Positions 51,470-64,000 of a DNA stretch of 64,000 nt are shown here, in pieces (positions within the stretch are counted from its first letter, which is position 1; each line of letters begins with the position of its first letter). The translations under genes were made by a program, and so were the position numbers. Origin of the DNA: Eledone cirrhosa (taxonomy: Eukaryota); contig OZ024741.1 in NCBI GenBank assembly GCA_964016885.1, positions 199,020,001 through 199,084,000 on the forward strand, written 5' to 3'. The notes beneath the pieces are model-generated. The model was not told the origin of the DNA and ran no database searches. It saw only the letters and a program-made list of their open reading frames with translations.

Positions 51470-53619
51470 TTTACATGCGTTTCTTTCAAATACAGAAATG
51501 TCCATGTAAATAAACAACACCTGGTTATGAATTTTAGAAGCTGTGAATTTCACCACTAGTCTTCAGCAATCAAAGGAGAGAACCCTAATAGTGCTGTTTC
51601 TGGTTCTTTAACCATCCTTAGAGGTGTTAACTCTGCTTGGATGCTAAGATGAAAATAAGCTAAAAGCTTATAGTATTCATACTTATGAACATCAGCTGAC
51701 AAAGCTCATTTGTATACAGAGCAAAAGCTGGCGGGTTCTAATTAATCATAGCATGATTGTTTATACATATACATATTTCATTCTTATATTTCACCTAGGA
51801 ATGCCTTCTAAATGACTAGGACTCGTCCATTTATTTGAAATCAAGTAATTTATTGAGTATTTTAACTTTTTTTCTGTGCCTCTTTAGAAAAACATTCTTA
51901 ATTATATATATACACACACACACTTCTAACTTCCCTGCTAGTGTGCCTTTGATTCCCTTCTCCATCATAAACCCAAAGAAGCACAGTCACAGAACAACTC
52001 TCAGTTGTGTAGTATACACCTGACTTTTCTGCCCAATACATGCTAGCATGTAAAGCTAGAATGAACCTTAACTGATTCACCTTCCTTGCAACTCTGACAC
52101 TTTCCCAACCCAAGAAAGCCAGGCACACCCTAAAATGATAAACCACCCACTCACTTGCTCCAACGCCACACCCATGACCCCTCATACTGCAAGCAGCATA
52201 TAAATTCCCCTTTTTAAGCCAAGAGAACCCAGGCATACCCCCACAATGTCAGTCACCATCCACTTGTTTCAAGGCAACCTGTATGACCTGACCCACACTG
52301 GCAGTATGATGTCGGTACCCCAGTTTGAACCTCCATAAATGCCTCTCCAGCAAGACCAAACACACTGAGCATCTTAGTGCTGTAATTAGGTAGTGCTGGT
52401 GCCACAATGAAAACACCCAGTCCACCCTGTAAGGTGGTAGTGTTGGTGGCATGATAAAAATGATCCATCTACCTGCTGTAAAGTGGTTGGTGTTGGGAAG
52501 AGCATCTAGTTATAGATACCAAGCCAAAGAAAAATATAATAGCAGGACCTAGTCACCTGGCTGGTCAGGTCTTAGCATGTGACAGCGGCCTAACCCACGC
52601 AAGTGTGGAAAATAGATATTAAATGATGGTAGTGGTACTGATGATGATGTAAATATACATCACAGCCTTACATCTGTTTTCCATGCTGGCATAGGTTGAA
52701 CCATATACACACATCACACTGCATCACATCACATCACATCACATTACATTATGGAAACATTGCATTCCTGAAAATCTTGCTGGAACGTGGAATTCTGTAA
52801 ACTGAAACCCATTTTCCCATTGACTTTCATGTTATACACTGCGATGCATTCAGATGAAATCGCCCCCTCACCCCTCTAAACAAATTTAAATAACTATTGT
52901 TATGCCTGTAAATAATTTTTAAACACACATAAAAACATTTGAAGAGTAATACATTAACAATTTTGATACCAACACAACTAAAACTAGCTTTGCTTCCATG
53001 AAACAAAACCACCTGTTTTAAAGGGTTCCCATTTAAATCAAAATCTTACAATATGATTTTGAATAAGAACTATATATTAAGTTACTGTCCTTGTACTGAC
53101 ATAATTAATATTTTTAGTGAATCCCTCAAAAAACTTCATTAATTACTTGAATTATAGTGAATTTAATTAGGAATATGGTAATGCAAAGGTTATAGATAAG
53201 AATTGTATTGATTGGCATACATTTTCATGACAAAAGATGTTGACTGCTGGGAGAATAAAGATCAGTATTTTCTGCCCTATCTTTCATCATCATCAAACAT
53301 CTGCCTGAGGGGTAAAGAAATTATACAAATTTTTTTGACATTTATGGGCACCATCTCTTTCTACAGCTCAATATAGCAACTGAGCTCATTATGAACTCTT
53401 GTAATTTTTATGTTGAGTTCAAAAATTTGCAGACCTTCAACATGCTTTCATCCTATAGAGAGGATAAGGGCCTCAGTCTTATCATGAAAAGCAATGTGAA
53501 ATGAAGCTTCTTGCTCAAGAACACAATGTGCTGCCTTGTCCAGGAATCAAACTCACATTGTTATGATTATGAGTTTAATATCCTAACAACTAGGCTACAT
53601 CCCTTAATTCCTCTATAAG

Positions 53620-55560
53620 AACTAATCCTTTAACAATATTCTTTGTAGTCAACATAAATGGAGTGTGTGGAGCTTCAATATGCTGCAGTTCATTGTTGTT
53701 TTAACAACATCTGTTCTTTGTAGATAAACTTTCTCTGTGGGACTCTAGCAATTCAACCACATCTTCTTCTACTTCTTCAATATCTATATTATTTGCCAGT
53801 GTCGCAATCATCATCACCATCATCATTTTACATCCTCTTTCCAAGCTGTCATGGGCTGGATGGGTCATCATGGTTGAAGACAAGGTCAATCAGTGGACCA
53901 AGTTTTGACTCTTACATTTCATACTTTTGGCATGATTTCTATGATTCCTAACATCAACCTTTGTAGAGTGTACTGGTTACATTTTATTTGGCACCAGCAC
54001 TACTAAATTACAAAGTTTACTGGCTGCATTTTATCATGGCCCCAGCATAACCGCTTTACCAAGTATACTGAGTGCGTTTTATCATGGCACCAGCACTACC
54101 ATTTTACAGAGTGTATTGGGTTTATTTTGTTGTGGCACCAACACTAGTGAGGTTGACAGGGTCAAAGTGTCATCTATACCTTTTGTTTTCTTGGTCAGCT
54201 CACCATCACTTTACACAGAGTATTCTGGGAGTTTCATCAAACTAAAGGGATCTCTCCACTTCAGGTATTCTTCAATCTCCTGCCATATTTGGTTACTTTC
54301 AGCATAGTAGTGCTTCTATTTGTGAACTAGATGTAACTAAATAGCTCACCAAATCTGATGTAGACTTTCTACTGGTAGGATAATATGTAATGTCAGGACT
54401 CTATCTATCTGTGATGTTAATATCCTCTTTAACTTGTGGCTCACTGACCAAGCAAGCACCTTTCTCACCTGAAAATCTTTATCACTGCTTTCTGTTCATA
54501 TTCTTTTCCAACTTCATTCATAGCTTAAAGCTTTACTTCATCCCATGACTTGACAATGTTATTCACAGCATCCATAATTTTGAATGCTTTCCAGAAGTCT
54601 CTAAATGCAAGTTTATCTATTATTCATATAAATTGCTTTTAGGAGTTGTTTCAAAGTTCTTTTCAGATGATATGGCTTGAAGTTGGCTATCATGCCTTGA
54701 CCTATTAGCTAACATAAAGAAGTTCTGTTCTTTGAAATATTCTCTCAGTTTATCAGAAAGATCATTTTAAGCTCACTGTTAAAAAGAAGTAATACTTAGA
54801 AATATTACATTGAATACTGTACCTTTCTACAGCAGGACAAAAACAAAATTTGTAAACCAGACTTTAAAAAGGCTTCTATTCACACATCTTACTTGAATGT
54901 TGAATCAAAGGTAGATCAAACTTAGTCTTGAAAGCTATTAGATTTTTGGTGTGATACAAGAGTAGGGACCTACATTTTTTCATATCATCAGCAGTTTGTT
55001 CTAATCAATCCAAATGTGCCAAAGGTTTTTTGGAAACTTGAAAGCCTGATGTTGATTTTTTTTTCATGAGAACTAAAAGCCCTAGTTGGCATGCATTTCC
55101 AGAAAAGTCCAGTTTTATCTTCATTGTCTCCCTCAACAATCATTTTTTCTACTCTGCAAAATTAAAGCACTTCTTAAAGCTTTCAAACCAACCTTTACTA
55201 GCGAGAAAAGGTTTTCCAGCAATTGTTGTATATATCTTTAGCTTTTGCTTGAATGACTTTACATTCAATCTGATGACTGATCTACACACTCACTCAAGAG
55301 CCATTCCATATCAAGGAACACGTCAGATCTATGACAAAATAATATGTGAAAAGTTAATGGACTAGGTGGTTGAGCACTTGACCTAATGTATTTCTCCAAC
55401 GAGAAATGTTTCCAGCTTTAATGTTTTTGCAAAGTGGCTAATGGTTTTTCCTGCATGAAACCTTTGTAAAACATTATTTAAACAAGTTTATCATCCAACT
55501 CTTTTTAACCCTACTGCCTTCATTTCCGCTTGATGGCTTCTTTCCAGTCATCTGTAATAA
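53620..55560 (-). mobile_element. Tigger/pogo transposase remnant interrupted by a SINE/LINE tail (about 53808-54230)
   Basis: Minus-strand motifs MEWLLSE (CENP-B HTH), FLASKGWFESFKK, GQGMIANFKPYHLKRT (DDE_1) and EEDVVELLESH.E.LS. Confidence 0.75.
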
Positions 55561-55657
55561 GAGTAATGTACTATACTTTGTGTGTTTGAAGTTAAATCTA
55601 ACAGTACTGGCGATAAAAAAATAATTAAGTTTAGTTTTTAAATAGTTAAAATTAACA

Positions 55658-55688
<31 letters not shown>

Positions 55689-56810
55689 TGAATAGATGTT
55701 AGTGTATAAAAATTTGAGAAAAAGTACACAACACCAGAAGTAGAGTGAAATAATTATTATGACTGAAACTTTATTGCTAGTTTCTTTTTTTGATTTATTA
55801 TATATATTCAGATGTGGATGAATATACACCAAATAATTATCCTACATGATTCAGTAAAGGTTGCACTTAAATTGTTTATATGAATAATAGAATTGTTTCT
55901 ACTTTAGGCACAAGGCCAGCAATTACCCCAGTGCATTACTGGTACTTTATTTTATCGACCCCATAAGGATGAAAGGCAAAGTGAACCTCGGCGGGGGAAT
56001 ATATTAATCTACTTTACTCTCTGAATATCTGTCACCACAAACAACAATCATACATCAACTGTTCCATTAGTCACACCAACCAATAAAATCGATGGACTGC
56101 TTTCAAACATTTCTATAAAAATCAAACTGCTTATTCATAGCTTCTGTTATGTAATGAACTGAAAGGAGAAACTTTAAATTGTGATTTAAAGTTTCAGTTA
56201 TATATAAATGCAGGGTTAGAGATTCTTTCCTTGTCGTGCTGCAGTCTCACCGTGGTTGCACATCCATCTCATGGTTTTGGGGATAGTATATGAGTAAAAC
56301 TGACTTTTTTTAGTTTGTCTAGCTTATACCCCCCCCCCCCCCCACTCCCAATCGAGATTTAAGATTGTCTGGCTTATATCCCCCAAATAAAGACTTTGGC
56401 TTAAGTTTAATATATAATATATATTGATCAATCAAATCAAGCAACAAGATACCAGACCTCACACATTTACCGAGTCGGGTGGAACTTGTCAAATTGGACC
56501 AAGGAAACAATGTTTACATTGGTCTTTCCAATTGTTAATACTATCTACTGGTCACAACTCCTAGCAGAAATAAAGTGTCTTGCTCAAGGACAATACTCAT
56601 CGCCCAGCCTGGGAATCGAACTCACAACTTCATGATTGTAAATTCAACTCTCTAATCACTAAACACAAGCCTTTATATATATATCATCATCATCGTCCTT
56701 TAACGTAACACACTAGCATGGGTTAGATGGGTCATTCCATTTGAGGTAAGTTGGGTCAGGTGACCGTGTCTTATTTATATAGGACTATTTATATATATAT
56801 ATATATATAT

Positions 56811-56992
56811 GTAGGAGGTGAGTTTTATTATGTTGATTTAAAACTTCACTGTTCACAAGTGTTTTTTAAGCTTCATATCATGTCTCCCTATTTTATCTGA
56901 TGAGAATGAAGATATCATCCCATGATGATATTTGTTTTTGAAATGCGCATAATAAAATACTTGGAACTCTTTTAACCATCTTTTGATCTTAT
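56811..56992 (+). mobile_element. second copy of the 24.4-kb hammerhead element, lacking the inverted arm
   Basis: Same GTAGGAGGTGAGTTTTATT start and same 3' end, flanked by (TA)n. Confidence 0.75.
56889..56959 (+). ncRNA. type I hammerhead ribozyme (predicted)
   Basis: UAUUUUAU-CUGAUGA-GAAUGAAGAUAUCAUC ccau GAUGAUAUUUGUUUUU-GAAA-UGCGCA-UA-AUAAAAUA. Confidence 0.8.
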
Positions 56993-57030
56993 ATTATATA
57001 TATATATATATACATGCGCCTTCAGTTATT

Positions 57031-57091
<61 letters not shown>

Positions 57092-57161
57092 GCGCCTTCA
57101 GTTATTTATATATATATATATATATATACATGCGCCTTCAGTTATTTATATATATATATAT

Positions 57162-57990
57162 AATCAGCTTGTGCATGAGGATCATCAGAGGACAGTCAAC
57201 GGCATTGCTGGTGGGTCGTATGTATCGTCTGAATTGAACATGCGGCATGTCGCTGCCAAGTTTGCCCCCTGCCTGCTGACCACTGAGCAGAAAGAACATC
57301 GCATTGAAGCCTGTCAAGATCTCTGTCAGCATGCTACTGATGACCCATCCTTCATGTGGAGGATCATCTCTGGTGATGAGAGTTGAGTCTATGGGTACGA
57401 TCCTGAGACAAAACAGCAGTCGACAGTGGAAAAGCCCTTCACCTTCACGAGAAAGCTGCAGCTCAATCAAGAGCATGCTCATCATTTTTTCCAACATCCG
57501 CAGTACTGTACATCAAGAATTCGTCCCCCAGAGCCAGACCTTTGAGAATTCTATTGCAACATTTTGAGGTGTTTGAGGGAGGACATTCGATGAAAGGGAC
57601 CAGATTTGTGGAGCACAGAGAATTCACAATGATAATGTACCCTGTCAATGAGCACTCCTCACTCGTGAGTTTCTTGCCCAAAACAACATTGTATCACTTC
57701 CGCACCTTCCTATTCGCCAGATTTAGCACCTGCGGGCTTCCATCTCTTCTCCAAGCTCAAAGGTCACCGTTTTAACACCATTGGTGAAATCCAGAGTGAA
57801 TCGCAGAAGGTCCTCGACTCACTTACAGAAAACGAATTCCAGGCTGGATTCCAAAACTGGCAGGAACGCTGGGACCAGTGTATTGCTGTGCAAGGTGACT
57901 ATTTCGAAGGAGATAATGTTAAAACTTAGATAAATATATTATTTTTTTAAAAACATAACTAGTTCGGGAACGTCTTGACATCACCTCGTA
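57162..57990 (+). mobile_element. mariner transposon 3' portion (degenerate)
   Basis: [37 protein letters not shown] and a HLPYSPDLAP-like motif. Terminus ..GACATCACCTCGTA. Confidence 0.92.
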
Positions 57991-60337
57991 TATACCTGCA
58001 CACACACAATTGATGTTGCTGTGAAATGAAACTCAGTTCTTGTTAGCACAACACCAGTATTAAATTTACAATTTCACAGTTTGATAAATTCTAGTCAGTT
58101 TCTATAACTTTAGTTAGTCTACATGTTTTTAATGATGAAAAATATGAAGTTTTAAATATAATGCATATTACTCACATGTGTTGATTTGCATATCAATCAA
58201 TATTACCATGGCAGCTGTTAAGAAATTGTCTCACAACAAAGCTATTTATATTTTATACATAATAAATATGCTATAGTATAACAAATCGTTAAATTTTCAT
58301 GTTATATTGCTGTATAAAATTATGTATGCAGGGACCCATAACTCCCAATGGAGATGTAGAGGCAACATAGTGTGTCTTGGGTTTTTGAAACCTGGCAGAG
58401 CCCATTCTCTCTCTAGATCTGAATACAATCGATTTCTTCCAGAGAAGGAAGTAGACAGTAAGAAAGAGATATAGAAGCAGAATCAATCCCAGAATTGGAT
58501 TTGACTGGTATTTTTTTTTATCAACCTTGAAAGAATGAAAGGTAAAGTTGACCTCAGTGGGAACTGAGAGAGCGTAAAGAGCCAGAACAAATACAGCAAA
58601 TCATTCCATCTGATGTTCCAATGACTTTGCTAGTTTGTTACCTTGTGTATAAACAATTGCTTATTGATAGTTTCACATATATTTACAATGTTTGACTGGT
58701 GAAAACAACTTTTTTAATCTCAATCAGCTTCACTATTCTCACTGTATTTCTTCGTAACCTCATCATCTATTGACTGTTTCTTATTGGTCTTTAAGTAATA
58801 TTCCTTTTCCATTACAAATTCCAAACTAAATCAGTAGAACCATCCCACAACAAGTACCAAAACATGTGTGTGTGTTTACAGGTGTATCTGCCTCCCTGTC
58901 TCCATTCCCCACTCTATCTTTCTTTCCTTCTTTCATGCAAAATAATTTCTCTGATGATTCCCCCACACCAATTGTTATTTTTTCAAGTGAAATTCCCTTC
59001 TTGTACATAATTTTCTCTCTTGACGTAGCAAACTTCCAAATATGTTCTTTGATTTGTAGTTTCTGATATACTTCCGGTTGTATGGACCCAGTTGTTGTTT
59101 TTGTTTTTTTTTTTCATTGGAAGAAATAACAATGTTTGTTCTCTTTAATCCTTTCAATACCAAACTGCCTCAAAATGCCCCAGGTTTATGACACAAAGCA
59201 GTTGGAATGCTTTTTTGTTGCTTCTTCTCTCATTGTTTTTAGGACTCTGATCTGCTTCTTCCCCAAAATCAAGAACTGTTAGATAAGATTATCAGCAACT
59301 TTTCCTACAAACCTCCTTGCTCCAACCTCTTTGTTTAGAAGCTGGATTTCTTCAAGCTACTAGCTTTCATATGGCACTGGGAATTAGTTGAATATGAATG
59401 GAGTACTGTAACCAGTCTCATGCAAATTTGTTGATTCTTGGATGTTTACTAGCCAGAAAATGTTCTGCATTAGAAGTTTCACCTTTTTTCTTTTTCTTTT
59501 TCTTTTTGCAAACTATCATGCAAACATTTAGTTTATGATTCAATGACCATTGCATTTATTGGTACATTACGTCTAATCTAATCATTAATCCATTTACATC
59601 CAAGAGCTGTTCCAAATTAAGCATCACATCCTTTTAAGCCCCCCACCCTCTCCCTCCATTGACAAGTAACAAGCAGGCCACACCCCCTTCTTCATTGCTC
59701 CACTCATTGTCTCTGTCCCCTCAACCTGGCCGAGGACACAAGTGCCTTAGTATTGAAATATAATAGTGCTGGTTCCACTATAAAATGCACTAAGCCCTCA
59801 CTGGAAAATGGTAGTGCTTGTGCCACAATAAATGCACTCAGTCCACATTGGAAAATAGAAGTACTTGTGCCATGATAAATGCACTCACTCCACACTGGAA
59901 AGATGGTATATGTTGTGAAGTGGCTTCCAGCTATAGAAACCAAGCCGAAAAGGGAATGTATGGACAAGACACAGTCATCTGACCTGCCTAACCACAGAAC
60001 ATGACAACACATCTAAGCCATGCAAGCATAGAAAAATAGATGCAAAATGGTGATATCTATCAAAAACAATAGCGGAGTAACTACTTGAGCACTTGACCTA
60101 ATTTTATCTCTATTATCATGTATTGTTACTGCTGTAGGCATTGTAAACATTGATATTTTGGCAATGTATCAGAGTTTTCTGTACCATGAAAGCTTTTTAA
60201 AACATATGTATGCCACCCACCCCTACAACTCCAGGAGTTGTAGGGGTACAGCATGTCATGGGCTTTTTAAACCTGGCGGAGCCCATCCCCTCTCTAGATC
60301 TGAACACAGCTGATTTCTTTCAGCGAGGGAGAGAGAG

Positions 60338-60375
<38 letters not shown>

Positions 60376-60881
60376 TGAGTGGAAGTGAGAAAAATGTAAA
60401 AGAAGAACTGACCTCAGACTGGTACTTTTTTTAAATTAACCTATAAAGGACAAAATGCAGAGTTGGCCTCATGAATGCAGTGTGCCAGAGCAAATACTGA
60501 AAAGCATTCTATCCAATGTTCTAACAGTTCTAGGTAATTTCACTCCCAATATCTTGCCTCCGGTAATTTGGCCCCTGATAATTTGACTGCCAGTCAATTT
60601 CACTCCCGATATTAGAAAAAAAAAAATAAAACGTTGAAATTCGTCATTATCATTTATTATTACCAGTAATGCACTGGATAATTGCTGGCCTTGTGCCTAA
60701 AGTAGAAACAATTATTAGTTCAAGATATAAAACTAATACAGTATTTGTAATATAAACAAGTAAATATACAGTAACTATACGAAAAGGGAAACAAATATTT
60801 CTAAAGCCATGTTAACCTCCTTTATTAATCCAGTGCATGAATATGTAATATATTCATATCAGTCAAAAATATGAATTAAAG

Positions 60882-62980
60882 TATAGCGAGATTACTGGGT
60901 GTATGAATGTAACAAAACGAGACATTGTTTGTGTATATAATATTTAATTAACGGTAGATAGAATACTTGACATGTCAAAGATAGATGTTAGAATGAAACA
61001 AAGTTAGTAGTTACCGTTTTGGTTGCCAGGCAAACGCGGCTGGCAGAGGGCGCCTGGCTAAGGCCAGGCGCCTGTTGGCCAAATTAATGGCAGAGCCAAA
61101 TGAGAGGCTCTTCGACCTAGTGCCGAAAAGGCAAAGAGAGAGAGGAAGCTTAAAGTTGTTAGTTTTATAGGGCTCTGACCGGAAGTTGCAGAAAGGGTTC
61201 CACTTCCCGTCTAGATCCTAATCAAAACAAGGGAGACAACCGCTACATAACCTCCCGCCAGAATTTTAGTGTATAAAAATCGAAATGAAAATATGTAGCA
61301 AGTTGGCGAGAATGTTGTAACAGGCATGAAAATTACGACAAAAGAATGTTTGGAAAAATCAATGATAGATATCAAGGTAGCCAACCGCTCTTGGCCAGAG
61401 AACGACTGGACATCCATCTATCCATCACCGAAAGATACAATGTAATAAAGTAAAAGTAATAGAAGAGCTCAAAGTTCAAAATATAGTTCACAGGTGTGCA
61501 ATCACATGACAGCTGGAAAGAAAGTGTGTTCCAGAGAATGAATGCAGGTGGTTTCTGTTCTGTGGTATATCGTGAAATTTCCAACCTCCGAATGGATTTT
61601 CTCACAGGAAGAGTGCTGCAAAAATAAATTCTCTGGCTTTGGTGAAGCTGTGTTGATGTATTGCTGTTGCTGTTATATTGCTGTTGCTGTTATATTGCTG
61701 TTGCTGCTGCTGTTGTCTCGCTGAGTGAGCGTATTCGGTGTTTAAATTCACAGTAAAAAAATTTTTTTTTTGAAAAAAATGAGTTGCGCAAAGTGCCAGA
61801 AATAGCAGCCGAAGTTGATGGTCGATGTTGAGAATGCGTTGACCTGAAAGGGTCAAGAGGCCAGCGACCAGAGAAATAAGCATTCCCAATAAATGCGCGG
61901 TTATCAACGGTAAATTTACATTGTAAATTTATAAACCGGCAAATAGAAGAATATAGCTTAAGGCTGAAGAATCCCTGGTGATAAATGGCGTGCGGCTGTC
62001 TGTGAGTAGAGACATCTCAGTGAATCGAGAATTTATGCTGCCTACACGTGCCAATACAAGGTTGAAAAAAAAATATTTCTAACGCGCGAGAAAATGATAG
62101 TGCAATTTTGAAAGTGACAATGATGAAAAAGAAAGGCTTCAATCAGCATAATCATTGGTGTGAACTTTTGAAAAAAAACAAAAAACTTGAACGATGAACA
62201 AAAGGCAATGGTTCATCGAAAATAAATGTTCCTGTTGAAATGTTTTTTAAAGAATATCAAATTTCTTTTTTTTTTGTGTTTTGAAAGAGTTCGTTGTAAG
62301 AAACGGGAAACATATATATATCGTGAAATGTTTTTTTTTGTTTTGAAAGTGTTCGTTGTAAGAAACGAGAAACATATATATATATATTGGTGAAATGCGA
62401 CAGTTAATTGATGCGTGAGAGAAAAAGTATGTCTGTGCGAATTCCACATGTGCGTGTGTGCGTGTCCTTGAGTATTTTCATAGTTTGTCGCTAAATTTGC
62501 TGTGTATTCGTAATGTTACTCACAAAACCAGATGTGCTATTTTTTTCTTTTTTTGGGGGGGTGACCACTTATAGCGATGAACGGCTGCGTGTTCGTATCA
62601 CGTCAGGGTTACCAATATAGCGAGGATACTGATGTATGAATGTAACAAAACGAGACATTGTTTGTGTATATAATATTTAATTAACGGTAGATAGAATACT
62701 TGACATGTCAAAGATAGATGTTAGAATGAAACAAAGTTAGTAGTTACCGTTTTGGTTGCCAGGCAAACGCGGCTGGCAGAGGGCGCCTGGCTAAGGCCAG
62801 GCGCCTGTTCGCCAAATTAATGGCAGAGCCAAATGAGAGGCTCTTCGACCTAGTGCCGAAAAGGCAAAGAGAGAGAGGAAGCTTAAAGTTGTTAGTTTTA
62901 TAGGGCTCTGACCGGAAGTTGCAGAAAGGGTTCCACTTCCCGTCTAGATCCTAATCAAAACAAGGGAGACAACCGCTACA
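60882..62980 (-). mobile_element. non-autonomous LTR retrotransposon (LTRs 60882-61247 and 62616-62980)
   Basis: Near-identical ~365-bp LTRs reading TGTAGCG...CGCTATA on the minus strand, 4-bp TSD AAAG, tRNA-Trp PBS, PPT-like GGCGGGAGG and TATAAAA in the LTR. No gag/pol ORF recognised. Confidence 0.92.
62583..62614 (-). promoter_or_regulatory. extended primer-binding site complementary to the tRNA-Trp 3' end
   Basis: The + strand GGCTGCGTGTTCGTATCACGTCAGGGTTACCA resembles the metazoan tRNA-Trp 3' 32 nt including CCA, and lies 1 nt from the LTR. Confidence 0.85.
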
Positions 62981-63121
62981 AAAGTTTAACTATAATTGTT
63001 TATATTTTAGGCACAAGGCCAGCAATCACCCAGTACATTACTGGTACTTTAAAGTTTAACTATAATAAAGATAAAATAGAAAGTACAGTAAAACATAAAA
63101 ATATTACTAAACACTTCAATA

Positions 63122-63326
63122 ATGATGAAGGTTATGAGCTATTGCTCATTAAAAATCCATCTTATTTTCGGGACTTATATCGCTCAATAATTATCTGCAG
63201 CTGTTTGTTTATATCTTTATACTTTTATTTGGTCTAACAGATCTCACTTTGATCAAATTCATATATGTAATTCACGTCATCCACAAGTGTCTTACTTCTG
63301 CGGATACTGTTAAAAAGATGAGACAT
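63122..63326 (-). pseudogene. MULE transposase remnant (FLYWCH-like start fused to the C-terminus)
   Basis: MSHLFNSIRRSKTLVDDVNYIY joined to KYKDINKQLQIIIERY..GFL/AIAHNL. Confidence 0.6.
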
Positions 63327-63604
63327 GGTGTATATATATTTCCTTTTTAAGTAAGGAACGAGGCAGAGATGGATCACGGATAAACCTGTAAACCCTTTAA
63401 ATAAAACACCCGAATGGATGACGGAAATGATACTTTCAGTTAACTTAATTATTCTGTAAATAAACAATGTATTGTATTAATAAAGAAGGTTAACATGGCT
63501 TTAGTAATATTTGTTTCCCTTTTCGTATAGTTACTGTATTTATAGTTACTTGTTTATATTACAAATACTGTATTAGTTTTATGTTTTGAACTGATAATAA
63601 ATAA

Positions 63605-63780
63605 TAATTGTTTCTATTTTAGGCACAAGGCCAGCAATTATTCAGTACATTACTGGTACTTTATTTTATCGACCCCGTAAGGATGAAAGGCAAAGTTAAC
63701 CTCGGCGGGATTTGAACTCAGATCGTAAAGGGACGTAACTATGTTGGAAAGCATGTCCGACCCTCTACCGATAGTGCCAA
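63605..63780 (-). mobile_element. SINE family A inside the right MULE TIR
   Basis: Matches the family consensus on the minus strand. Confidence 0.9.
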
Positions 63781-64000
63781 TGAATTTCAATATTTTATTT
63801 TTTCTAATATTGGGAATGAAATTGACTGGCAGTCAAATTACCAGGGAATAAAAATTATCGGAGTCAAAATACCGGAAGTGAAATTACCAGAAGTCAAATT
63901 ACCGGCTACCATTCTAACAACTCTGCCAATTTGTCACGGCAGTATCGGTAGAGGATCGGACGTCATGCTTTCCAGCATAGTTATGCCCCGAGTTTAAATC

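Larger units (their letters stand above)
60527..63910 (-). mobile_element. Mutator-like (MULE) element with long TIRs and a 9-bp TSD, internally deleted
   Basis: Inverted arms at about 60527-60830 and 63476-63910 start with ~15-bp GGTAATTT subrepeats. TSD GTTCTAACA / ATTCTAACA lies within a split SINE. Confidence 0.8.

Noticed and set aside
62583-62614. tRNA-Trp gene
   Set aside because: Only the 3' 32 nt with an encoded CCA, adjacent to an LTR; it is a primer-binding site.

Overview
AT-rich animal genomic DNA dominated by repeats and microsatellites. The SINE and LINE repertoire looks cephalopod (octopus-like); this is inferred from the repeat families only. No host protein-coding exon can be supported. 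Retroelements: about 20 copies of one tRNA-derived SINE, several copies of a second SINE with an RTE-type tail, and RTE-clade LINEs, one family of which has a C4HC3 PHD finger inside the RT domain. DNA transposons: two mariners, a Tigger/pogo, a hAT, a small Helitron and piggyBac-like TTAA MITEs. There is also a 2-kb ACC-based minisatellite and a nested SINE > MULE > non-autonomous LTR element at 60.5-63.9 kb. The most interesting signal is a set of short non-coding elements, mostly embedded in (TA)n, that carry minimal type I hammerhead ribozymes with palindromic stem III loops, often a downstream AATAAA, and inverted terminal arms (Penelope/retrozyme-like). Related long palindromes appear to fold back at hammerhead stem II. 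The LTR element has a 32-nt tRNA-Trp match with a mismatch exactly at A58. All alignments and pairings were done by eye, and boundaries are approximate unless a TSD or terminus is quoted.
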